Origin: an uncultured delta proteobacterium
GTDB lineage: Bacteria; Myxococcota; UBA727; VGSZ01
Direction of reading: 5' to 3'
Assembly: GCA_963775425.1 (NCBI GenBank)
Contig: CAVZJB010000004.1
Location: forward strand, 480,001-544,000
DNA length: 64,000 nt
In this document: positions 29,822 to 38,743 of the stretch, piece after piece
How the letters are laid out: each line of letters begins with the position of its first letter
How positions within the stretch are numbered: position 1 is the first letter of the stretch
The notes under the pieces: generated by a model
The model's database searches: none
The model's input: only the letters and a program-made list of their open reading frames with translations
What the model was told of the DNA's origin: nothing
Translations under genes and position numbers: made by a program

Positions 29822-29927
29822 CCTCCGGTCGCTGATCAAGCGCGGCCGCTCCCTCCGGTCGCTGATCAAGCGCGGCCGCTCCCTCCGGTCGCTGATCAAG
29901 CGCGGCCGCTCCCTCCGGTCGCTGATC
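29822..29927. repeat. Intergenic 30-bp perfect tandem repeat, about 3.5 copies
   Basis: (c)cctccggtcgctgatcaagcgcggccgct three times plus a 17-bp partial copy, starting right after the aat stop. Confidence 0.97.
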
Positions 29928-29966
29928 CGCTCGCGGCGGACACGCGACCGCGCTACATCGAGCGGC

Positions 29967-31133
29967 ATGGACGTGTCCGTCCTCCCGCGCATCGCCGACG
30001 TCCCCGCGGCCGACTGGGACGCGCTCGCCGGCGACGACAACCCCTTCGTCGAGCACGCGTTCCTGCACGCCCTCGAGGAGTCCAAGAGCGTGGGCCCGCG
30101 CACGGGGTGGCTGCCGCAGCACCTCGTCGTCAAGGAGGGCGGCGCCCTCGTGGCCGCGTTGCCCTGCTACGTGAAGACCGACAGCTACGGCGAGTACATC
30201 TTCGACTGGCAGTGGGCCCGCGCCGCCGGCCGCGCCCGCGTCGACTACTACCCCAAGCTCACCGCAGCGGTGCCGTTCACGCCCGCCACCGGCCCCCGCC
30301 TCCTCGTCAAGCCCGGCGCCCCCGTCGAGCGCGCGCGCAAGGCCCTCGCCGAGGGCATGAAGCTCCTCGAAAAGGAGCTCGGCTGCTCGTCGTCACACGT
30401 GTTGTTCTGCCGCGACGACGAGGCCGCGTCGCTCGTGGACAACGGCTTCGGCCGGCGCGCGTCGCTGCAGTACCACTGGCGAAACGGCGGGTACGACAGC
30501 TTCGACGGCTTCCTCGCCGCCCTCCGCCACGAGGAGCGCAAGCAGATCAAGCGCGAGCGCCGGCGCGTGGCGGAGTCCGGCGTCGACGTCGAGGTCATGA
30601 ACGGCGCCGACGTCCCCGACGCCCTCTGGCCCGCCGTCTTCTCGCTGTACACCTCCATCAGCGACCGCAAGTGGGGCCGCCCCTACCTCACCCGCGCCTT
30701 CTTCGATCTCATGCCGAGGCATCGCGCCGTCGTCGTGCTCGCGCGCCAGGCCGGCGCCGTCGTGGCCATGACGCTCTCGTTCGAGAAGGGCCCGCACATC
30801 TACGGCCGCTACTGGGGCTGCTCCGAGGAGATCCCCGGGCTGCACTTCGAGCTCTGCTACTACCGGCTGCTCGAGCGCTCCATCGCGAACAAGGGCAGCC
30901 TCGTCGAGGCGGGCGCGCAGGGTGAGCACAAGCTCAAGCGCGGCTTCCTCCCCGTCGTCACCCACAGCGCGCACCACATCACCGACCCGCGCTTCTCCGC
31001 GGCGGTCATGCTGTTCCTCGAGGAGGAGCGCGCGGCGGTGCTCGAGGAGCAGCAGCTCCTCCTGCAGCACGGCCCCTTCAAGGACGGCGCCGCGCCCGAC
31101 CGGCCGCTCGTCGCCGGCGTCCCCGGGCTGTGA
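29967..31133 (+). CDS. DUF482/COG3146 FemAB-like GNAT-fold protein
   Basis: NPF..HAFL.ALE, GWLPQH, SYGEYIFDWQWA, YYPKL..AVPFTP, YGRYWG, LHFELCYY, EAGAQGEHKL.RGF. Confidence 0.9.
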   Translation: MDVSVLPRIADVPAADWDALAGDDNPFVEHAFLHALEESKSVGPRTGWLPQHLVVKEGGALVAALPCYVKTDSYGEYIFDWQWARAAGRARVDYYPKLTAAVPFTPATGPRLLVKPGAPVERARKALAEGMKLLEKELGCSSSHVLFCRDDEAASLVDNGFGRRASLQYHWRNGGYDSFDGFLAALRHEERKQIKRERRRVAESGVDVEVMNGADVPDALWPAVFSLYTSISDRKWGRPYLTRAFFDLMPRHRAVVVLARQAGAVVAMTLSFEKGPHIYGRYWGCSEEIPGLHFELCYYRLLERSIANKGSLVEAGAQGEHKLKRGFLPVVTHSAHHITDPRFSAAVMLFLEEERAAVLEEQQLLLQHGPFKDGAAPDRPLVAGVPGL

Positions 31134-31142
31134 GACGTCCTG

Positions 31143-31148
31143 TGTCAA
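31143..31148 (-). promoter_or_regulatory. Outward-facing -35 hexamer TTGACA at the IS110 end (circle-junction promoter)
   Basis: Joining the ends at the core gives TTGACA-17 nt-CAACCT pointing into the putative bridge RNA. Confidence 0.6.
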
Positions 31149-31171
31149 CCACCGCGCTGCGTCACGCCATC

Positions 31172-32377
31172 TCAGGCGGCGAGCGCGGCGGCGCGGCCGT
31201 GAAGGGCCGGGTCGTACGGGACGCGGGCTTTCCAGCACGCGTACAGCACCCGGAGCCACGCACGAGCGAGGATGCGGGTCGCATGCGGGTGGTCGTGGCC
31301 GCGAGCGCGGGCAGCGTCGTAGAGGGCGGCGGCCCATGGCGAGCTGTGTCGCGAGTTGTCGGCCCAGAGGGTCACGGCGGAGCGCAGGTGCTTGTTGCAC
31401 GCCCACCGGAACGCGACGCCGACGTGCTTGCCGGACGCGAACGTTACGGGGCACACGCCAGCCTCGGCCTCGAGGTGCTCGTGGCTGTCGAAGCGCGCGC
31501 GCTCGTCGCCGAGCTCGCTGAGAATCTGCGCGGCGTTGATGCGTCCGCTGCGCGGAAACGACATCACGATGTGCCCGTCGGGGTGCGCCTCGACGGCGTG
31601 TTCGACGGCGGCGCTGAGCTTCTTGAGACGTGCGACGACGATGTCGAGGACCGCGACGAGGTGCTGCACGGCTTCCCCCTTCGCCTCGGCCTCCATCTCG
31701 CCGCACTTGCCGCTGGGCGCACCTCGCAAGCGGCCCAGGAGCTCGGCGACGTCCCTGCGACCGGAGTAGTGGTTGCGCGCCAGGAACGCTTCGAGCCGCT
31801 TCTCGCCGACGCGCTCGGCGTGCTGCGGTGTCGGGTACCTCCCGAGGAACGCCAGCGCGATGGGCGAGTCGATGTCGCGGAAGATGCACGCGGCGCCGGC
31901 CCAGAAGCTCTCAACGAGCGCGCGCAGCTGGTTCGCCAGTGCAACCCGCTCGGCAACGAGGTCGCCGCGTGCGCGAACGAGGGCACGCAGCGCCTTCGTC
32001 TCGTCTCCGAGCGGCGTGAGCGTCTTGAAGCGATGCCCATCGGTGCGCAGCAAGTCTGCCAGCAGGTAGCTGTCGCCGGGGTCGCTCTTGGCGCCAACGC
32101 TCGAGTAGCGCGGACGCGTCGCTTTCACGACGTTCGGGTGAATCGGCACGACGTGGAATCCCGCATCGACCAGCGTGTCGACGACGAGCCCCGTCGGCCG
32201 CTCGATGGCGATGCGCAGCGGCGCTTCCTCAGTGAACCTACGGAGCTTCGCCACAGCGCCGGTGAGACCCTCCTCGGTGTGCTTGACGACGAGGCGGAGC
32301 ACGACGCTGCCCTTGTCGTCGATGACGCAGACGGCGTGTTCGTTCGCCGCCCAATCCAAACCTGCAAAGTACGACAC
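31172..32377 (-). CDS. IS110-family DEDD transposase/recombinase
   Basis: FAGLDWA (D), IAIERPTG (E), KSDPGDS (DD); C-terminal Tnp domain AEAGVCPVTFASGK (catalytic Ser), CNKHLR. GTG start after AAGGAGG. Confidence 0.95.
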   Translation of the reverse strand: MSYFAGLDWAANEHAVCVIDDKGSVVLRLVVKHTEEGLTGAVAKLRRFTEEAPLRIAIERPTGLVVDTLVDAGFHVVPIHPNVVKATRPRYSSVGAKSDPGDSYLLADLLRTDGHRFKTLTPLGDETKALRALVRARGDLVAERVALANQLRALVESFWAGAACIFRDIDSPIALAFLGRYPTPQHAERVGEKRLEAFLARNHYSGRRDVAELLGRLRGAPSGKCGEMEAEAKGEAVQHLVAVLDIVVARLKKLSAAVEHAVEAHPDGHIVMSFPRSGRINAAQILSELGDERARFDSHEHLEAEAGVCPVTFASGKHVGVAFRWACNKHLRSAVTLWADNSRHSSPWAAALYDAARARGHDHPHATRILARAWLRVLYACWKARVPYDPALHGRAAALAA

Positions 32378-32409
32378 GACGGACCTCCTTGTTGCGGTAC
32401 CGTCCCCCG

Positions 32410-32585
32410 GGCTGGGAGCCTTGATCGGTTGCTCATTGACAGGCGCTCCGTCGTCGTCAGCAAACATCGTCGGGCGCAACGTCCTGTAGCCGCTTCAAGG
32501 CTCCCGGCTTCGTCGAGGGGGCGGGTCTCACAGGGGCCGTTCACCGGCAAGCGAGCGCGGCCCTCCCCGACGAAGCCCGGGAGAC
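32410..32585 (-). ncRNA. Putative IS110 bridge RNA (target-binding and donor-binding loops)
   Basis: Two adjacent stems (gcttcgtcg/cgacgaagc; ggagccttga/tcaaggctcc) enclose 7-9-nt segments that match the element's target flanks and donor ends. Ends approximate. Confidence 0.8.
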
Positions 32586-32732
32586 GGCGCCGGGAAGATC
32601 GCTCAACCCGTCACCGCGGCGTAGAGGTTGTCCAATGAGCGGCCCGGCCGCTCCCGCGGGGCGTGACCCAGCTCGCGCGCACCTGTGTTGACGCGCGTCC
32701 GGCGCCGGGGGAGCCGGTGCCCGGAGGTCTCC

Positions 32733-33452
32733 ATGAAGAACGCCGCCATCCTCGCCGCCGCCTTCGCCGGCGCCGTCGTGTTCGCCGCCTGCCCCGTCGC
32801 CGCCGCCACGGTCCACGGCTCGGGCACCGCCAGGACCGAGTCTCGCGCGCTGTCGGCGTTTTCGCGCGTGGCGCCGTCGGGCTCCTTCACCGTCGACATC
32901 GTCGCCGGTGACAAGCCCTCCGCCGAGGTCACCGCCGACGACAACATCGTCCCCCTCGTTATCACCGAGGTGAAGGGCGGCGTGCTCGCGGTCCACCTGA
33001 AGCGGAACACCAGCGTGCGCACCAAGACGCCCATCGTCGTCAAGATCACGGTGCCCTCGCTCGAGGGCGTCTCCGCGTCGGGCTCCGGCGACACCGCCGT
33101 CACCGGCGTCCCCGGCAAGGACGTGGCGCTCCTGCTGTCGGGCTCGGGCAAGCTCGCCTGGAAGGGCGCGGCCGACGCCGTCTCGCTCAAGAGCTCCGGC
33201 TCGGGCGCGGCGACGCTGTCGGGCACCGCCAAGAAGCTCGAGGTCCGCGTGTCCGGCTCCGGCGACGTCGACGCGGGCGGCCTCGCCGTCGACGACGGCG
33301 CCGTCAGCATCTCCGGCTCCGGCGCGGTGCAGGTGAACGCGAAGGCCACGCTCGACGCCCGCATCGCCGGCTCGGGCCGCGTGCGCTACACGGGCGCGCC
33401 CACGGTCACCAAGAAGATCACGGGCTCCGGCACCGTCGCGCCGGCGACGTAG
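32733..33452 (+). CDS. DUF2807 / head-GIN domain secreted protein
   Basis: Signal peptide, VHGSG...ESR, DDNIVPLV, repeated SGSG beta-helix units; GGAGG RBS. Confidence 0.85.
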   Translation: MKNAAILAAAFAGAVVFAACPVAAATVHGSGTARTESRALSAFSRVAPSGSFTVDIVAGDKPSAEVTADDNIVPLVITEVKGGVLAVHLKRNTSVRTKTPIVVKITVPSLEGVSASGSGDTAVTGVPGKDVALLLSGSGKLAWKGAADAVSLKSSGSGAATLSGTAKKLEVRVSGSGDVDAGGLAVDDGAVSISGSGAVQVNAKATLDARIAGSGRVRYTGAPTVTKKITGSGTVAPAT

Positions 33453-33472
33453 GGCGCGCCTCGCCGAGCCCG

Positions 33473-34750
33473 TCAGAAGCAGTCGGGGTCGGGGAGCGGG
33501 CAGAAATCGTCGCAGAACTGCCCGTCGCCGTAGAAGCCGTTGGCGGCGCAGATGTCCTCGACGCACTGGGTGCCGGTGGCGTCGACGACGAAGCCGGGGT
33601 CGCACGAGCACAGGCCGTTGCCCGCCGGGCTCGAGTTGGCCGGGCACAGCGCCGTATCGTCGAGGACGCACTGGGTGCCGCTGGCGTCGACGACGAAGCC
33701 GTCGTCGCACAAGCAGAAGTTGGCGTCGGCCGGGTCAGGCGAGGCGTTTGCGGGGCAGCCGTCGCCGAGCGTGGCCGGGTCGAGCTCGCAGCCGGTGCCG
33801 GCGGCGTTCACGACGAAGCCGTCGTCGCACAGGCAGAAGTTGGCGTCGCTCGGGTCGGGCGAGGCGTTGTCCGGGCAGCCGGCGCCGACGGGGTCGGAGG
33901 CCTGCGCCTCGCAGCCGGTGCCGGCGGCGTTCACGACGAAGCCGTCGTCGCACACGCAGAAGTTGGCGTCGCTCGGGTCGGGCGAGGCGTTCGCGGGGCA
34001 GCCGTCGGCGGCGGTCTCGGGCGGGGGGGTGCTCGTGGCGGTGTCGGCGACGCAGCCGTTGCCGCTGCGCACGAAGCCGGGATCGCACGCGCAGGTCTCC
34101 GTGCCGGGCACGGGTGAGGCGTGCGGCACGCAGGTCGTCGTCGACGACGGGGTCGCGGGATCGCAGGTGCCGGTGGCGGTGTCGGCGGTGAAGCCGTCGT
34201 CGCACTCACAGACGCCGTTGCCGCCCGGGACGGGCGAGGCGTGGGCCGGGCATGCGCCGCCCGCGGCGCCCGCGGCGGCCACGCACGCGCCGGCGCCGCC
34301 GCAGACCTCGCCGGCGCCGCAGTCGGCGTCGCCGGCACACTCGACGCACAGGCCGGTGCGCGCGGCGTCGTCCGTGTTGCAGACGGGGGTGGCGCCGCCG
34401 CACTGCGCCGCGGTGCGGCACCAGCCGGGGAGGAGCGGCTCGCACCCGCCGGTGGAGGTGTCACAGAAGCTGTCGGCCGGGCAGTCGCGGGTCTCGGTGC
34501 AGGAGGCCGGCGCCGACGCCGGCGGCGCGGCGCACGAGCCGTCCAAGCACAGCTCCCCGGCGGCGACGTCGCACTCGAGGTCGGCGCTGCAGCTCGTGCG
34601 GGCGACGCAGGCGCCGTCGACGCAGCTCTCGCCGGCGAGGCAGGCGTTGTCGTCGTCGCAGGGGGCCCGGTTGACGGTGGCGACGCCGCCGCACGCCGCG
34701 GCCAGGAGCCCGAGGAGCCCGAGGAGCAGCAAGGGGAGCGACCGCCGCAT
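33473..34750 (-). CDS. Cysteine-rich repeat lipoprotein (EGF-like repeats)
   Basis: Lipobox LAAAC; about six CPxxASP...CxCDxGF...C repeats. Confidence 0.8.
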   Translation of the reverse strand: MRRSLPLLLLGLLGLLAAACGGVATVNRAPCDDDNACLAGESCVDGACVARTSCSADLECDVAAGELCLDGSCAAPPASAPASCTETRDCPADSFCDTSTGGCEPLLPGWCRTAAQCGGATPVCNTDDAARTGLCVECAGDADCGAGEVCGGAGACVAAAGAAGGACPAHASPVPGGNGVCECDDGFTADTATGTCDPATPSSTTTCVPHASPVPGTETCACDPGFVRSGNGCVADTATSTPPPETAADGCPANASPDPSDANFCVCDDGFVVNAAGTGCEAQASDPVGAGCPDNASPDPSDANFCLCDDGFVVNAAGTGCELDPATLGDGCPANASPDPADANFCLCDDGFVVDASGTQCVLDDTALCPANSSPAGNGLCSCDPGFVVDATGTQCVEDICAANGFYGDGQFCDDFCPLPDPDCF

Positions 34751-34870
34751 GCGGGGTGTATCGGCGAGGACGAGGCCCATCCCCTCCCCCGCGCCCGCGG
34801 ATCATGCCGTCACGACGGCCGATGGGAGGCGGTCCGAGCGGCACCTACACGCATCTGGTACCATGGCGGG

Positions 34871-35389
34871 ATGCATGGACGAACTGAGCGCATCCTCGTC
34901 GTGCTCGCCCTCGCCGCCGGGGTGGCGGGGACGGTCGCGTCGGACCCTCTGCCGCCCGGGGACATCTCGGGGTCGGCCGGGCCCATCACCGTCACGCTCG
35001 ACGCGGCCACGCCCAACGTCGAAAAGACCGTCGCCGCCACGCTGACCGCCTCGGGGCCGATCGACACGGGCACCGTCCGGCTGAGCGCCGACTTCAGCGA
35101 CGGCTCCGCGGCCCAGCTCAGCATGGGCATCGAGCCCGACAGCGGCGACGGCAACGAGACCCAGGTCCTGGACACCTCCGCGCAGCCGAGCGTCGAGCTC
35201 GCGGTCGACGCGTTCGCCGACTGCGCCGACAGCCCCTGCTCGCAGTCGTTCACCGTCCACTTCGAGCGCCTCGAGGCCGACGTCGTCGACCCGCTCACCT
35301 TCGACTTCACCGTCGACGGCGCCGCCACCGTCGTCGACGACGGCAGCGGCGAGACGCCCACCGGCTCGCTCGATCTCAGCGTGAACTGA
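34871..35389 (+). CDS. Hypothetical secreted protein
   Basis: Hydrophobic signal ILVVLALAAGVA, acidic beta-rich mature region, typical GC3 bias; TACCAT 6 nt before the ATG. Confidence 0.65.
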   Translation: MHGRTERILVVLALAAGVAGTVASDPLPPGDISGSAGPITVTLDAATPNVEKTVAATLTASGPIDTGTVRLSADFSDGSAAQLSMGIEPDSGDGNETQVLDTSAQPSVELAVDAFADCADSPCSQSFTVHFERLEADVVDPLTFDFTVDGAATVVDDGSGETPTGSLDLSVN

Positions 35390-35439
35390 GCTCGGCCTTC
35401 GGCGTCGTCGCGCGCGAGCTTGTGCGACGAACGTGGGGG

Positions 35440-37017
<1,578 letters not shown>

Positions 37018-37039
37018 AGCGGCCCCGAGTCTTGCACAC

Positions 37040-38695
37040 TCAACGTTTCTTCGTCGTGTCTTCGTCGTCGGCGAGCGAAATCACCCGGCGGCTGCCGGTG
37101 CTCACGCGGTGGCTGCGACCGGTGGTCGGGCGCTCCGGGTGCAGCGCGGCGGGACGGGTATTCTCGGCGGTGCTGGCGCTCGCCTCGAATTCCTCGGCGT
37201 CGGCCGCGGGCAGGACCACGCTGGGGCGCATCGCGCTCCGCTGCGGCGCCGTCGTCGACGGTGGATCGGCGAGGTGCGCGGGCAGCCGCGTGGGCTCCGT
37301 GGCCGCGAACTCGCCGTCGGCGGAGGGGAGGTCGTCGTCGGGCCGGAGCCCGAGGGCGTCGAGGTCGGGGCGCACCTCGACGAGGGTCGGCACGAGATCG
37401 TCGCCGTCGTCCGGATCCGGCGGCAACGCCGCCGCGCGGTTGCTGGCGGTGACCGGGCGCCGCGGCGACGGCTCGCTGCGCGCGGTGGGCTGCTTCGGCT
37501 CCGGGCGCGCAGGCGCGCCCGCCGGCCGCGGGTTCCTGCCGCTGTCGGTGGCGATGCGCGGGGGCACCGGCCGCGGCCGCGACGACGTGAACACCGGCTC
37601 CTCCGCGCTCGCGCTCCCGCCGGTCAACGCGGGGATGGGGGCGCGGCTCACCATGGTCAAGTGCTTCACCTGCGTGGTGACCGGGCTCGCCTGCGACGCG
37701 GGCGCGGGCTCCGGCTCGGGCTCCGGCTCGGGCTCCGTGCGCGGCGGCGCCTGCAACATCGGCTCGTGGAAATCGAGGTTGGGAAACTGCGACGTCAGCT
37801 CCGCGACCACGTGCCCGCGCTGCGCGACCAGGCCGTAGCTCTCGGCGATGGCGGCCAGGGACGCCTCGAACGCCGCGGCGGTCTGCGGCCGGTCCTCCCG
37901 CTTCTTCGCCAGCGACCGGCGCATGAGCTCCTCGAGCTCCGGCGGCACGAGGAGAGACGGATCGAGCCGAGGCACCTCGTTTTGCATCATGGCGGCGATG
38001 AACTGCGTGGCGGACTCGCCGAAGAACAGGCGCTCCGCGGTGAGCGCCTCGTACAGGAGGATGCCGACGTTGTAGAGGTCGCTCCGGAAGTCGAGCTTCC
38101 CCGCCATCAACTGCTCGGGGGACATGTAGCCGAACTTGCCCTTGATGATGCCGGCCTTGGTGCGGACCTCGGCGGTCTCCACCTTGGCGACACCAAAGTC
38201 GGTGAGCTTCACCTGCCCGTCCTTGCAGATGAAGATGTTGTGCGGGGAGATGTCACGGTGGATGAGGCCGAGCACGCGGCCGCTCTTGTCACGCGCCTCC
38301 GTGGCCGCGTAGTGCAGCGCCTTCAGCACCTCACGCGCGACGTGTATGCAGAACCACACCGGCAGCGTCTGCTCCTTGAGCGACGCCGCCTCGATGACCT
38401 CCGAGAGGTCGCGCCCCTCGAGGAACTCCATGACGATGAACGTCTCCTGCGCGCCGGCGCCCTCGGCCTGCGCGACGTCGTAGACGCGCACGATGTTGTC
38501 ATGCTCGAGGCACGCGGCGATGCGCTGCTCCTCGATGAACATGCGCATCATCTCCGGGTCCGTCAGGAGCTCGGGGAGCATGCGCTTTACGGCGTAGTAC
38601 CAGGAGCGGCCGCTCTCGTCGCGCGCGCGAGCGCGGTAGACCTCCGCCATCCCGCCCTGCGCGTGGAGGTTCAAGATCTCGAGGCCGGCCGTCAT
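37040..38695 (-). CDS. Ser/Thr protein kinase (paralog of the adjacent kinase)
   Basis: GGMAEV, AVKR, HRDISPHN, DFG, KGKFGYMSPEQ; Pro-rich tail. Confidence 0.93.
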   Translation of the reverse strand: MTAGLEILNLHAQGGMAEVYRARARDESGRSWYYAVKRMLPELLTDPEMMRMFIEEQRIAACLEHDNIVRVYDVAQAEGAGAQETFIVMEFLEGRDLSEVIEAASLKEQTLPVWFCIHVAREVLKALHYAATEARDKSGRVLGLIHRDISPHNIFICKDGQVKLTDFGVAKVETAEVRTKAGIIKGKFGYMSPEQLMAGKLDFRSDLYNVGILLYEALTAERLFFGESATQFIAAMMQNEVPRLDPSLLVPPELEELMRRSLAKKREDRPQTAAAFEASLAAIAESYGLVAQRGHVVAELTSQFPNLDFHEPMLQAPPRTEPEPEPEPEPAPASQASPVTTQVKHLTMVSRAPIPALTGGSASAEEPVFTSSRPRPVPPRIATDSGRNPRPAGAPARPEPKQPTARSEPSPRRPVTASNRAAALPPDPDDGDDLVPTLVEVRPDLDALGLRPDDDLPSADGEFAATEPTRLPAHLADPPSTTAPQRSAMRPSVVLPAADAEEFEASASTAENTRPAALHPERPTTGRSHRVSTGSRRVISLADDEDTTKKR

Positions 38696-38743
38696 GCACG
38701 GCAGCTTGGCACAAGTGCAACGCCGCCCGCTCGCCGGTGTCCG

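Larger units (their letters stand above)
31135..32639 (-). mobile_element. IS110-family insertion sequence, bounded by TGAG core copies (31131-31134 and 32636-32639)
   Basis: DEDD transposase, about 260-bp upstream non-coding end, TGAG at both junctions, no terminal inverted repeats seen. Confidence 0.9.

Noticed and set aside
29839-29847. 9-nt match (ggccgcgct) between the bridge-RNA target loop and the 30-bp repeat as an alternative target
   Set aside because: The adjacent sequence does not match the core or the right guide, and GC-rich 9-mers recur by chance here.
29822-29927. CRISPR array (30-bp repeats)
   Set aside because: The units are contiguous with no spacers, and no cas genes are present.
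26975-30133. 1052-aa ABC ATPase with a long N-terminal extension including (ISDRRERPRL)n
   Set aside because: The extension is antisense to manA, aat and the 30-bp repeat; the true start is 27904.
32378-32479. N-terminal extension of the transposase (ORF-track start 32479)
   Set aside because: A strong AAGGAGG precedes GTG at 32377, and the extension overlaps the structured RNA region.
31130-32638. 502-aa plus-strand ORF spanning the IS exactly
   Set aside because: It is antisense to the transposase and has no motifs; long antisense frames are expected at high GC3.
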